A DNA stretch of 64,000 nt, from the NCBI RefSeq assembly GCF_009914755.1, contig NC_060936.1; one strand, 5' to 3'. Below, in pieces: positions 1 to 15,845 of the stretch. A program made the translations under genes and the position numbers. Positions within the stretch are counted from its first letter, which is position 1; each line of letters starts with the position of its first letter. This DNA comes from the human T2T-CHM13v2.0 reference genome, Homo sapiens. The notes under the pieces are model-generated. The model saw nothing but the letters and a program-made list of their open reading frames with translations. It did no database searches and was not told where the DNA came from.

Positions 1-689
1 TAGGAGGACATATGCAAGTGCAGTTGCATTATCTTTAAGGCAAAAATCAACATAGGAAATAGGCTTGGTAATGGAATTAAAAATTTTGTACAGCAACATC
101 ATTTTTAACATTCAATGAACATGGCTACAGGCTAAATGTACGTCTGGTATGGAATAGACACTGAGCAATAAAACCAATAACTATTAAGAAAATTACTGAT
201 TTTACACCTCCCTGTAAGAACGATGCTTTTGACTATTTGCTGAACACTTATTATATAGTAAGCAACAGGAGGGATTAAAAGAAAGTCATTTCCAGATCTC
301 ATGAAGTTTACAATCTAAGCAAGAAGATTAAGATGTATACCTCTACTAAAGATGAGGATCCCAACTATACATCTCCATCAATCTTTATAACTCAAATAAA
401 TTATAACTGAAGTTTAGTAAAAGTCTTTAAGATGTCAGATAATTGGGCAGGGGTGTACATGGCTTTTTAAAATTCCACTTAATACTACTTAAATGAAGGA
501 CTGATGTGCCATGGGAAAATAAATTTCTATATTGGCTTCTTGGGGGCAGGCAGAGAAGTTAGAACAAGGTCAGGGGAAATCAGAGGACCTGGAGGGAACT
601 CTTGCCCTCCACCCTCACTCCTGTCACTTTCTAACCTTTTTTATGGTGAAGCATCACACCCAGAAAAGCACAAAAATGAATTATTACAT

Positions 690-1378
690 ATTTAATACCA
701 CTCAAGTCAAGAAACAAACCAACCCCAGAAATCTTCCTTTGTGTCCCTCTCAATCACTACTTTCTCTCTCTCTCTCATTCTCCTGAAGGGAACCGCTATC
801 CTGACTTTTATGACACGTTTTCCATCCAAGCACGCATCCTTAAATACTAGTTTGCCTGTTTCCTAAATTTTATATGCATTGAGTTATGTAGTTATTTTTT
901 TGTGTCTGGCTTCTTTGACTCAATATGATTTGTGAGAATTATCCATGCTGTTTTATGTAGCTACAGCAGTTCACTTGTTTTCACTGTATGAATACAGTAA
1001 AATTTATCCATTCTACGGTTGACATTTGGGTTGTTTCCAATTTTTTGGTTATTACAAATGCTGCTGCTCTAGGCACTCTTGCACATGACTTGATGCACAT
1101 GTGACTGTATTTGCTGGATATATAACTAGGAGTGACACTGCTGGGTCCAAGGGTATTTATACTGTCACCTTTAGTAGGTAAAATGTCAAACTGCCTTCCA
1201 AAGTGACTGTGCTAACGCATGCTCTCCAGTAACGCAAGAGGGCTCTTTGCTGTTGCTGTGCATCCTCATCAGCACTGGGAATGGTCAAGGTTTTTAATTT
1301 TAGCTATTCTGGTGGTGGGCATGTAGTGCTTTTTCATTACTGTCTTCACTTTTACTTTTCTGCTTTCTAATGAGTTGA
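690..1378 (-). mobile_element. Old L1M (L1ME-like) 3' end
   Basis: Motifs tgtgtctggcttctttgactcaa, gacatttgggttgtttcca and catcctcatcagcact. Confidence 0.7.
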
Positions 1379-2236
1379 GTGCCATAGTTCCTGGCAGGCC
1401 TGATCAACTCTTCCTCTTACTTCCATGTGTTTCGAGTTGCCCAGATAGGTGGAACATTATTATAATCTGAAGTAATAATTACCCAGTCTTTTGGTCAAAT
1501 ACCCTAGGGCACCCTGCAGCGAGAAACTTTCAATTACAAACTGATTTCTCCATTTTTAAGTTCTGATTTTTTGGGGCATGAGTCACATGGCCCATCTAAC
1601 CCTCTGTTGAGTCTCACTTAATGCTTCTCCTTCTCCTAGCTCCTATTATAATCAAGGACAGTCAAATCATTTCTGACATATTCAAAGCATGTAATCGTAA
1701 GAGTAACCCTTCACCCACGTACCCCACCAATGATGCTGGCTACACCTACAACTTCTCCTGCTCTCCTATCTCTTTACAAATTCCTTGTTTCTTATTATTT
1801 TGGGAGTGGGCAGCTACAATCTTTTAAAAACTTCTGATTACTGTCTCCTTCAATCAGTCTGAAACACTCCTGACAAAATCTTAACACTAAATTTATACTT
1901 TCTTTTTCTCAAAACCTTCTCCCCAATTGTTCCACATTGTTAATCATCCAGGACTTCCATCTCCTTAGCACCTACACCTCTCTGTTTCTCTGTTCATCTT
2001 TCTGGCTATTATTTCTTTGATTCTTGATAAATTCATCCTGTTTTCCATGTCATCCTTTCAATCTGTAATAATTTTATATTCCATAATCAAGTACTGGTCG
2101 GCCGTCTTTGTAATGGCTTCTTCATTATGTTCTTCTTTGAGGAAGTGAATTTTGCAGTCTATGCTAATCTGTCCTTATCCTATTGGCATCCACTGCTCAG
2201 AGCAGGCACTGAAGAAATGTTGTCAAGGATAATTTA

Positions 2237-2581
<345 letters not shown>

Positions 2582-2649
2582 GCATTTAAAAAAGAAGTAT
2601 TCTACCACTCTTTAGACTGTGCTTCATGAACAAAAAATAAAAAAGCTTA

Positions 2650-3072
<423 letters not shown>

Positions 3073-3902
3073 TTAGGTTTCTGTGATGCAATGTACAGCA
3101 GATTTATAATTTGGTTTAAGAACATCACTTGCATATGTGCTACATAATACAGGACTTTTAAAAAGAGTTTCAGGAGTATAAACTGATTTGGCTTAAAATG
3201 TTGACAGAAGATAAGCTGCTATGTAATAATTTAATCTAAAAATCAGATTTTGCACCAGGTTTTATGTGGTTCCTTGCACTAGTAATAACTACTGGTATGG
3301 AATTTTATATCATACAAGGATCCATGTCATAAATTTAAGAAAAGACTCATTATATTTAAATGATTCGACTTACCGTCTTTATCATGCCCACTTTGGCACT
3401 GCCAGGGACAATGAAACCCATGTGACTGGGTCTGTGCCCGGTGAAAACTGGGCAAATACAACTAGGTTGACAGCGTGCTATAATAACTGGAGAAACTAAG
3501 ATACACAATAAGTGATCTCTTTTCAATTTAACATCCATGGTCCTCCAATCAATATTTGATCTACCTTTTAATTAGATCTCTAGCATTTCCTCTCTCTTAG
3601 GTGGCGACCTTACCCTGTTCTATAGGTCGTGATCTCTGTGCCTGTTATTATATGTTCCCCTAACCTGAAATGACGACTTCTCCACCAATCCACATTCACT
3701 AAGTCAAACCCACCTTCTCTTGTAAAGAAACCTTATCTGACCCATTGCTGCTCACCTGACTTGCGGGTCTCTTTATGCTCTTTCTACATGGATATCAAAA
3801 TGATTTCATCTGTAGAGCTTCCTCTGATAATAGCTCTATGTTCAGAGGGATTCTGAGGCTATGGTGAGGGTCACCGAAAAAAGGTACTTGCCCCATATAT
3901 AG

Positions 3903-4230
<328 letters not shown>

Positions 4231-4581
4231 ATATCTTGGCACTTTTTAAAGAACATCTTGGCAAAAATTTCTCTTGTACTTTTGCATCTTTCAAAAGATC
4301 TAACAGAATGTTGAGTACATGGCAGATCTCAATATAAATGTATTAATATTATCAAATCAAGTCACTTCAAATTCAAATCTTTCTATAAGCATCAAACATT
4401 TTTATTAACGTTATTGAGGTACAATTACATACCGTAAAATTCACTCATTTTAAGTATAATTCAATGTTTTTTTATACCAATCATAAATCCTTGAACCCAG
4501 TAAATTATTAACTGGAGGTATAGAAACAGCCAAATTAAGAAAACTATATGTACAGAAGTTAATTGACATAAAATATCTTAC

Positions 4582-4670
4582 TATTATTGGTGCTGTTGCC
4601 ATTGAAAGACCCAGAAGAACTATTACTGTCTTTCTCCTTATCTTGATTTTCAAAGTCCATATTAAGGGAC
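4582..4670 (-). CDS. SPPL3: SPPL3 coding exon 3 (89 nt, phase 2-1), encodes (R)[29 protein letters not shown]
   Basis: Minus strand reads ttttttttccacAG|GTCCCTTAATATGGAC...ACCAATAATA|GTAAGATATT. It joins exon 2 in frame (AG|G = Arg) and continues the SPPL3 sequence. Confidence 0.96.
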
Positions 4671-5534
4671 CTGTGGAAAAAAATTTTGTAGTTAAGTTGT
4701 AGTTTTGCTTACAAAAGAAGGTCAGAAAAGTCATATGACAATATTTTTAAATGCCAAGGAATTAGGAAAGAAGGTCTCTTTTGAACAACTCTGAAAAATA
4801 GCTCTTGTAACATTTTAAAAAACAATCTTCAGTCCTTCCAATGTGTCAGTTCAAGAGTTTTCCTGACTGCAGATGAAAGCATCCCAATGCAGCTGAATCT
4901 TCCACTCCTATCTCTGAGCATATCATATCCTTAATTACTTCCTTATGATAAAAGCCTAGAAGGAGAAATGTCAAAGGGCAAGCACATTTTGAGACTTTTA
5001 CATACCACACAACTGTTCGCAAAAAGGCTGCATCAGTTCACTCTCTCAGCAGTGTATGAGAGCACTCATTTCCCTATACCCTGTCAGCTGTGATTCAACA
5101 ACAAAAAAAATTTGAGTGTCTTCTATATCTGGAACTGTTCTAGGTACTACAGGGACAATAAATAGCAAACACAAGACTGGATTTTATATTCAAGGGGGGA
5201 GACGTAATAGACCAGAAAAATAAGTTCAATACATAGCGTGTTCATGGCAGGTGCTAAGGAGGAAAACTAGGAAATGCAGGGGTTAGGGTTTGAAATTTTA
5301 GACAGGATGAACAGGAAGGCCTCACTGACAGTGACTTCAGAGTCAAGACCTGAAGGAAGTAGTCACTGTCTATCTGGGGAACTAAAAATGGCACGTCACT
5401 TTGATTTAGAATTCTTTAACCAGTGAATAATGTTGTGTACAAAAGCTTGCTCATTTCTTTCTTTTTTTTGTGAAGTATCTGTCCAAGTTCTTAGCTAATT
5501 TTCTGCTAGTGTTTTCCTGTAAAGAAGGTGTTTG

Positions 5535-5898
<364 letters not shown>

Positions 5899-5959
5899 TC
5901 AGCCACATCATGTGATCACTGAAATGTGGCTGGTAGGACAGAGGAACTGACTTCTAAAA

Positions 5960-6758
5960 CTATACAGCTTTTAGATAAAAACACATGGTAAATCTCTGTG
6001 ACCTTGGATTTGGAGTAGATTCTTAGATATGATGCTAAAAAACAGAGAAAAACTTAAAAAACTTACGTGCTTCAAAGGACACTAACCAAAAAGTCAAAAG
6101 ACAACCCATAGGATGGGAGAAAATCTTTGCAAATCATGTATCTGATAAGGGACTTGTGTCTAGGATATATAAAGAACTCTTACACCTCAATAATAAAAAA
6201 GACAACCTGATTTTAAAATGAACAAAGGATCTGAAGAGACATTTCTTCAAAGAAGATACACAAATAGCCAATGAGCCCATGAAAAGATGTTCAACACCGT
6301 TAGTCATCAGGGAAATACAAGTCAAAACCATGAGAAACTGGCTGGAAGCGGTGGCTCACGCCTGGAATCCCAGCACTTTGAGAGGCTGAGGCAAGAGGCT
6401 CACTTGAGACCCATGTGGGCAACACAGTGAGACCCTGTCTCTATAAAAAATAAAAGAATTAGCTGGGTGTGGTGGCATGTGCCTACAGTTTCAGCTACTC
6501 GCCAGGCTGAGGTAGGAGATCACTTGAGCCCAGGAGGTCAAGGCTGATGGCACCACTGCACTCCAGCCTGAGCAACAAAGTGAGACACTGTCTCCTCAAA
6601 ACAAAACCACCACCATGAGAAACCACTTCACACATAGCAGGATGGCTATAATAAAAAAGTCAGATAACTAAGTGTTGGCAAGGACACAAGGATGTAAAAC
6701 TGGAACCTTCATACACTACTAGTGGGAATGTGAACTGGTGCAGACACTTTGGAAAACA
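5960..6758 (+). mobile_element. Old L1M ORF2-end fragment interrupted by an Alu
   Basis: Motifs gggagaaaatctttgcaaatcatgtatctgataagggac and gaaaagatgttcaacac. Confidence 0.75.
6339..6607 (+). mobile_element. Alu (AluJ-like, internally deleted)
   Basis: accatgagaaa is repeated on both sides. Confidence 0.9.
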
Positions 6759-6769
6759 GAATCTAACCA

Positions 6770-6878
6770 TGTTGACACCCTGACCTGAGAATTCCAATCT
6801 CCAGAACTCTGAAAAAATAAATTTGCTGTTTAAGCCACCCAGTCTATGGGTATTTCATGGCAGCCTGGGCTAATGCAG
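6770..6878 (+). mobile_element. MLT1 LTR 3' fragment
   Basis: ctccagaactctgaaaaaataaatttgctgtttaagccacccagtctatgg. Confidence 0.7.
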
Positions 6879-7441
6879 ATCAGATTTCATACCTGAATCC
6901 TTTTAAATGTATTGAGATTTGTTTCATGTCCCCATATATGGTCTGCATTAGTAAATATTCCACATACACTTGAGAAAGAGCGTGTGTTCTGTTGTTGGAT
7001 GGAACATTCTATAAATGTCAATTAGGTCAAATTGATTAAGAGTATTGTTGAAATCCACTGTATCTTCACTGATTTTCTGCCTAATTATTCTATTATTGAG
7101 AGTGGTACTGAAATCTTCAGCTATATTTGTGAATTTATTTCTCCTTGCAGTTCTCTCAGTTTTTGCTTCATGTATTTTGAAGATCTTTTATTAGATACAT
7201 AAACATTTGTGATTGTTATGCTCTCTTGCTTAATTGACCCCTTTGTCATTACAAAATAACCTTCTTGTCTGTGGTAGTATTCTTTACTCTGAAAGCTGCT
7301 TTGTCTTATATTAATACAGCCATTCCAGCTTTCTGTAGATGAGTATAAGCAGCATATCTTTTCCTAACCTTTTACTTTTAACTATTTTTTTTTTAATCCT
7401 AACCACTAGACAACAGGGATTAACCTTTTTTGGCTTTATAG

Positions 7442-7805
<364 letters not shown>

Positions 7806-8248
7806 ACAACTGCTGTTTTAAAGAGGTGTGTAGACCAATTTCATTGAATGTGATCAGTGATACAATTAAGTTTGAGCCTATCATCTTACTATTTGTTTCC
7901 TACTTGTCCTATTTTATTTCCCCTTAACCTGACTTTGTTTGGATTAATATAGCATTTTTTATGATCCAATTTGATCTCCTTTGTTGTCCTATGAGCTATA
8001 ACTCTTTGCTCTTTAATTTTAGTGGCTGCTGTAGGGTCTATAGTATACATCTTTAACACAGTCTACCTTCCAGTTATATTGTAACATTCATGTATAGTAT
8101 AAACTCCTTACAATAGTTTATATTTATTTCCCTCCCTCAACCTTTGTGCTACTGTGGCCATGCATTTAACTCTTACATGTTATCTTATAAACCTCACAAT
8201 ATATAATGTTTGTTTATGTTGTCAATTATCATTCATTCTTTCATTCAT

Positions 8249-8358
8249 CTTGCTATGTTGCCCAGGCTGGTCTCAAACATCTGGGCTTGAGCAATCAATC
8301 CTTCTGCTTCAACCTGCCAAGTAGCTGGGATTACAGGTACACACCACTGTGCCCAGCT
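8249..8358 (-). mobile_element. Alu monomer (FLAM/FAM-like)
   Basis: tcttgctatgttgcccaggctggtctcaaac...ccactgtgcccagc. Confidence 0.85.
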
Positions 8359-9192
8359 CCAGTCAATTATCTTTTACACAACTGTAAATAGAAAAAAACT
8401 TTTATCGATGGATGTTCATTTCTGGTGATCTTAACTCCCTTGTGTAAATACAGATTTAAGGCTGGTACCATTTTCATTCTGCTCAAAAGACTTCCTTTAA
8501 CATTTTTTAGTGTAAGACAGCTGGTGATGAGATGAATTCTTTCAGGTAGTGTATGGTATGTCAAAAACATCTTTACTTTGCCTTCATTTTTAAAAGATAT
8601 TTTTGCTGTAGAATCTTACAGTGACAGTTTTTTTCTTCCTGTACTTTAAAGCTACCGTTACATTGACTTTTCACTTGTATTTTCAAATCTGACATCACCC
8701 TCATCTTTTCTCCTCTGTACCTAACATGCTTTTTTGCCCCCTCTGGCAGCCTTGGGGATTTTCTTTTACCACTCATTTTGAGCTACTGATTATGTGTCTT
8801 GGTGTAGTTTTCTTCATGTTTTTTGTGCTTATAATCTGCAGTTTTGAATCTGCAGATTATAGTTATCAAATTTAGAAAAAACTTGGCCATTATTTCTTCA
8901 TGTATTATTCTGTCCCTCCCTTTCTTCTCCTCTTTCAGGGACTCCATTACCCATACAGTAGGCCACTGGAGGTTTCTCTCTAATGTTCAATGATAGCTCC
9001 ATTATGATCTTTTCATGTTTAAAAAAATTATTCTTTTCTGTACTTCATTTTGGATTAATTTCCATTACTGTGCCTTCAAGTTCACTAATCTTTTCTTCTG
9101 CAGTTTCTAATTGCTGTTAATCCCATCCAGTGTATTTTTCATCTCAGACATTGTTGTCTTCATTTCTGAAAGTTTGATTTCGTTCTTCTTTA

Positions 9193-9571
<379 letters not shown>

Positions 9572-10002
9572 TCATACTAACATCTGTGTCAGTTCTGGGT
9601 CAGTTTTGATTGACTGATTATTTTCCTCATCCTGGGTCATGTTTTCCTTTTTTGCCTGTCTGGTCATCTCTGCACGTATGCTAGACATTGTGAATTTTAC
9701 CTTATCTAAATATTTTTTATTCCTATTAATTTTGAGCTTTGATCAGGGATGCTGTTAGATACCTGGCTTTATTTTTGTTTCCATGATTTATTAGGTGGGT
9801 CTGAAGCAGTGCTCAGTCTAGGGTAATTATTCTCTATCATTGAGGCAAGATCTGAGTACTCTATCCAATGCCAAATGAATTGTAAGTTTTTCCAATCAGG
9901 CTTTTGGAAGCAGGTACTCTCCCTTCTAATCCTTTCACATTATTCTTTCCTCCACTTTAGATGATTTCCACATATGCATACACTAATTAATACTGTGGTG
10001 AG

Positions 10003-10312
10003 GGTGGGTGCAGTGGTTCACGCCTGTAATCCCAGCACTTTGAGAGGCTGAGGCGGGCGAATCACGAGGTCAGGAGTTCGAGACCAGCCTGGCCAACATG
10101 GTGAAACCCTGTCTCTACCAAAAATACAAAAATTAGCCAGGTGTGGTGGTGGGTGCCTGTAATCCGAGCTACCCAGGAGGCTGAGGCAGAATTTCTTGAA
10201 CCCGGGAGGCGGAGGTGGCAGTGAGCCGAGATTGTGCCACTGCACTCCAGCCTGGATGACAGAGTGAGACTCCAACTCAAAACAAACAAACAAAAAACAA
10301 CAAACAAAAAAA
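10003..10312 (+). mobile_element. Alu (AluSg-like)
   Basis: Full dimer with an (AAAC)n tail. Confidence 0.93.
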
Positions 10313-12176
10313 TTGGGATGAATGTTCAAGGATTCTGTGTAGATCTCTGGGTTTTTTCATTTTGCAGCTCTCTTTTCTTTTGTACTCTGTTCTATTAACT
10401 CTAGCTGCCTCTAGCCGTCTCTTTGGACTCTCAGTTCCATCTCTTCAACTTCAGAAATCTTTCTCTCTGCACCATGAGTGGAAACTATCTTAAGATAGTT
10501 TGACGGGAAAATAAGTATGACGGGAAAACTATTCCTCAACTCTCAGGAATACTGTCCTTTGTTGTCTGATGAAAAATATCTTGAAAACCGCTGTGTTATG
10601 AGGGTTTACATGTTTTTTTTATTGTTTTTAAAGTTGTTTCATGTGGGATGGTAATTCAGTCTCTGTTTCTCTATCTTGGCTGGAAGTACAAGTGGCTCTA
10701 GGTAGTTCTTTTAAATAGGTCCTGAACTGGACAGATTTTTAAGTGAAGGAAAAGGCCTTTTAAAATTTCTTGTTCATGTCCCTGGGGGTACCAAAACATT
10801 GATGAATTGTATCCCTTTCTTTAGGAAAGCAGAGGATCCTATCCTATAATGAAGAGGTAGGTCATAATCCTTCCTGGAAGAAACTTAACCAAATGACTGG
10901 GCTCAGGTCACACTGATAATGATCTTAACTTCGTAGTTTCCCACCTCTATGACTCAAAATTTCTTACTGGATTTGAAAGACTTGCCCCTCTACTAACAGC
11001 CTGACTCTAGCTGCCACTCTTGTTTCCTGTACTTTCATTCACTAAAACTCCCTTCTCTGTTACTGGTACCAAGGAAGCCTCAATTAGAATGGGGGGTCTG
11101 GGGAGGATAATCTATGAAGTAGAGACTGGTTAGTTACATGTCACCCTGTTCTCATATAAATCTGGCCAACGAACTGTTTAGCAAACTGTTCCACTGGAGG
11201 GCAGCCCCAGTGGGTGACAGCTCCCCAGCAGGACCAAAACACAGCGACTTTTAGATGTGGTGGACTCCCTGAAACATGGTTAAGACTCCTCTTCTGAAAT
11301 ATGGTCAGGTGTCTGATGTGTTGGCTTTCCTGGGGGTTTTTTTATTTTAAAAAAGCCTTGGATTTTAGAAGATTCATATACAGTATTTGAGACATATTTC
11401 TCCAGCCATCAGAGGAAGACACATTAGCAGAGATTAAAACGTACACTTACTGCTCATACCTCAGTCACCCTTAGAGGAATAGCTATGGCAACTGGCTCCT
11501 GAAAAACTTTTTCCTAATTAGTTCCACAACAAACTAGATGTAGTATTTTGCATATATTTCCCCTGCCAACGCACCTGTGGTAGTTTCTAGTACATGGTTT
11601 CACTTCTATGATCTTTTAAGCTTTAATTCATGTTTTCGCACAGCAGAGCTAACAATGTGCAGGACCTAAACTCTAGGGTTGGTGATGCATTTAATGGGAA
11701 CGTCTCTGGAGTCAATGGAACATGAAGACTGCTCCTTCCCTGTGGGCATGTTTTGGAAACACATATATTAATTTAAATTGAGTTTTTCAAATTCACTTAT
11801 GAATGGAATAACAATAACTACACTTGTTATATTCTGCTTCTCAGAATCTGGTGACAGCAGGTTAAATGTGCAGGAATTTTTATCTACATCTCTACCCTTG
11901 GGGCTACACAGATTGCCAGCTTCTCTTACTTTTTCTGTTGGCATTATATCGCTATTCTGGATTGGAAGGTTGCCAGTCATCTCTTTGGTTTAACCCTAGG
12001 CACAGCTGCTACGGAGCCTCTCCCATGAGACTGGGTTAGTGAGAATAGGTGCTGAGAACCCCCCGCGGGACAGGATGAAGGGTTATATAACTCAATTTCA
12101 ATTTGTTATTAGTTGAGAACTATTTATAACTCCATCCTGGATGTTTTAAGGCAAGATTTTCCCCTTTTTTCAAATA

Positions 12177-12564
12177 CAGCTGCTCCTTGACTTACAATGG
12201 AGTTATATCCCAATAAGCCCAGGTAAGTGGAAAAATCTCAAGTTCAAAATGCGTTTAATATTCATACATCTAACCTACTGAACATCATAGTTTAGCCCAG
12301 CCTACCTTAAACGTGCTCAGAACACGTACATTAGCCTACAGTTGGGCAAAATCATCTAACACAAAGGCCTGTTTTGTAATAAAGTGCTGAATATTTCAAG
12401 TAACTTACTGAATACTGTACTGAGAGTGAAAAACAGAATGGTTGTATGGGTACTTGAAGTATGCTTTCTACTGAAATCATACTGCCTTTGTACCATCATG
12501 AAGTGGAAAAATCTTAAGTTGAACCATCATTAAGTCAAACCGTTGGTAAGCTAGGGATCTTCTG
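12177..12564 (+). mobile_element. TcMar-Tigger MITE (MER47A-like)
   Basis: Structure TA|CAG...CTG|TA. The internal segment ctaacctactgaacatcatag...cctaccttaaacgtgctcagaacac matches the remembered consensus. Confidence 0.8.
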
Positions 12565-13332
12565 TAGCAGAAAGTAGTGGTCAACTTCAAACCAGTTTTA
12601 GCTGGTCCATTTTCTTAGCATCTAACTGACAAGAACTGCAGCAGGGACAGGAAAGCCTTAGGCAGGAATGAGGTACTATCAGATGGTGGGGGAGGGTGGA
12701 GGACTGGTAAGGAGAGCAAGCATTCTTCTAGTTCTCTGTGTAATTAGAAGACTTTGAACTTCTCACTGCCTCAAACAAGCTTAGCTAAAATCAAGCCTTG
12801 TTTGGTTGTTAGAAGCAGACCATGGGTCACCGCTGCACAAAACAGAAATGGGGCACAGTGAGTTAGTAGGGCCTTACCTATTAGCTCAAGCTGGGAAGAT
12901 TCATATCTTCCAGCTTTATACAACAAGCTTAAAGGGCCTGGGCTTAGCAGATCCCATGCCACTATGACTGGGGTCCAGTAAAGTTACTCACACTGCACAG
13001 CTGACAGCAAACTTAAGCTGTTTAAATAAAGCCTTTGCAAAAGACTCTGCCTCCAAAGCTATCCAGGACTATTTTCAATTATAGGCCTTTAACTTAGCTT
13101 ATTTGGTAATTTATTAAGTGCATAGACATCAGATTGCTAGGTTGGACCTAGAACAGTTCGCTGCATCTTCACAGAAGACTACTCTTCATTCTCTTCCATC
13201 TTGACCTGCCTTCACAATCTTGTTATTGCTATACAGTAACATAATATGATGTTAATATAACGTTATAAATATACATTCCATCCAAATTGTATCCTGGCTA
13301 TTTGCAAGTCTAGGTACTGAAATCAATGTTTA

Positions 13333-13647
13333 GGTCAGGTGCGGTGGTTCATGCTTGTAATCCTAGCACTTCAGGAGGCTGAGGCTGGTGGATCACCTGA
13401 GGTTAGAAGTTCGAGACCAGCCTGGACAACATGGTGAAACCCCGTCTCTACTAAAAATACAAAAGCTAGCTGGGCCTGGTGGCGCACACCTGTAATCCCA
13501 GCTACTCAGGGGCCTGAGGTAAGAAAACTGCTTGAACCCGGGAGGTGGAGGTTGCAGTGAACTGAGATCACACCACTTCACTCCACCCTGGGCAAAAGAA
13601 TGAAACTCGGTCTCAAAACAAAAAAACAAAAAACAAAACAAGAAAAA
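13333..13647 (+). mobile_element. Alu (AluS)
   Basis: TSD gaaatcaatgttta at 13319 and 13648. Confidence 0.95.
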
Positions 13648-14093
13648 GAAATCAATGTTTAAATGATCAACAGAAGGACTTGAGCTATGGCTTTTTCATC
13701 ACAGACAACCATTTACCATCACAGAAAAAAAATCCATCTAAATTATAGCATATTATATGCTATTTTTTTTTGTCTTTTCATCAACTATGACTGAACAGGA
13801 AGTAGTTATGGGTCAAGGTGTAGGAGGTCAACAAATGTCCAATTATTGATACTTACATAGAACCTACACTAAGAAAGAAAGACTAAGAACCTGGGCAGGA
13901 AGAAACAGTCTCTGACTCAGCAGCTGAGAACATCCAGGGGGTTAAAATGATGATAATAGTTAAGCTTGATTGAGCTCATACTGTCAGGCACTGTTAGGTG
14001 CTTTACAGGCAAGGTTTCTTTTGATTCACAGAAAAACTCCATGAGTGGGGTGACCACAAATTCCAGCTTATGCCTGCTGCCTTGGCAAAATTA

Positions 14094-14684
14094 TGAAGGA
14101 AACAAAAATATTTCACCCAAAAATATACTTCTCTGACATATTTCAGATGGTTTTCAGAAGGGCTGGAAATACAAGAATAGCTGAGAGAAGCTGTGTGGGG
14201 CAGATTTGCATCTGTAGAGAAAATATGCATTGATGAGGTGGAGGCATTTCTCTGAGGCCCTACCTTGTCCAGACACAGGAAAGATTAATTGAGAGTCTGA
14301 CACCTTAGAAGGTCAGAAAGAAACATATTCCATCTATTCTCTCTCAGGGCTGCGACCTGTGAGGTTTCATCTACATGACAGGACCACCTGTGCTAGCTGG
14401 GCCTCCTCTTCTCTCTCTCTCATAATCTGTCTCACCACCATAACCTGATTTACCACCATAACCTGTCTTGCCACACTCCAAGCCCTCATTCTTTCTGTAA
14501 CCTCAAGGTGGTATAAAAGCATCAGCCATCTGGCCATTTTTTTTTTTTGAGATCTTATATTTTGTAAGACTTTTGTGCACATTAACAAATCTGTATGCCT
14601 TTTCTATTAATCTGCTATTTGTCAGTGGATTTTTCAGCGAGGATTCAGGGGGCACAGAGGAAGTTTTCCCTTGGCCCTGTTACA
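14094..14684 (+). mobile_element. ERV1-class solo LTR (MER34/LTR29/LTR48-like, subfamily uncertain)
   Basis: Begins TGAAGGAAACAAAAATATTTCACCCAAAAATATAC, has TATAAAA at about 14512, and ends ...ttttcccttggccc. Internal 18-bp-period duplication (accaccataacctg). Confidence 0.7.
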
Positions 14685-15443
14685 CCAAGTAATGGGCTCA
14701 CTGCTTGACGCGCTACATCTTTCCACATTAGTATATACTGCTTTTTTCTCATAAAAACAAACAAACAAAAAAACCTACAGAGTATTTCTCCCCAAGTAAA
14801 CTTGATCTGGTATCATTTTTAGATAAGCTGCACATGAGCTGTCTTACTACAGAGAAATATTAAGACCAGCAGGCTTTATAGGTGAATGATATGGTTTAGC
14901 CTTGAACTGGGTAAGGTCCAGATGGCCACTGACCCTGTCAGCTAATTAGTGTCAGTTAGAATGACAACTCATCAACATTCTTCAACTTTAAATTGGGTGT
15001 AAGTATAAATTCCAGTTTGGTGTTTTGGTCACTTTGATGTACATTTCACATGAAGTTTATTACAGACACTATATCAAGAAGTATATTAATATTCTGTGAG
15101 TGCCTTAATAAGATTTTAGTGTGGCTGAGGTAGAGATCTGGTTATATTTGCCCTAAATTTGTTTCAGGCTAGAATTAATTCAGTTGCAAGGAACAGAACT
15201 TTAGGAAATCAACTACTCATTTCTTTATGTCCTAGAGTGGATTAAAAAGGATTTTCTGAGGAAGATTCTAGGCCTGCCTTTAGGAACTTCCACTGCCTGC
15301 CTCAGGACAAGGGGAAACATGGGCTTATATTTAGGTATTAGGTTCCTTCATTCTGATAAAAATACGAATGCACCATGAGTGCTGTTAAGACAACTAGGTC
15401 TGTATTTAGCTGGCAACATAATACATTTTTGGGCTGCTGCTTT

Positions 15444-15509
15444 TATATATGTATGTATGTATGTATGTGTGTATATATATACATATATATGTATATATAT
15501 ACACATATA

Positions 15510-15544
<35 letters not shown>
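15444..15544. repeat. Compound (TA)n/(TATG)n/(TG)n microsatellite
   Basis: About 100 bp of alternating purine-pyrimidine sequence. Confidence 0.95.
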
Positions 15545-15552
<8 letters not shown>

Positions 15553-15845
15553 TTTTTCCTTTTTGAGATGGAGTCTCAGTTTGTGGCCCAGGCTGGAGTG
15601 CAGTGGCGCAATCTCGGCTCACTGCAACCTCTGCCTCCCAGTTCAAGCGATTCTCCTGCCTCAGCCTCCTGAGTAGCTGGGATTACAGGCATGCATCAAC
15701 ACGCCTGGCTAATTTTTGTATTTTGAGTAGAGATGGAGTTTCGCCATGTTGGCCAGGCTGGTCTTGGAACTCCTGACCTCACGTGATCCTCCCACCTTGG
15801 CCTCTGAACATGCTGGGATTACAAGCGTGAGCCACCGTGCCTGGT
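15545..15845 (-). mobile_element. Alu (AluS)
   Basis: Full dimer; the tail abuts a TA/TG microsatellite. Confidence 0.94.

Noticed and set aside
4450-4734. 94-aa minus-strand ORF overlapping exon 3
   Set aside because: It is in a different frame from SPPL3 and runs through both splice sites.
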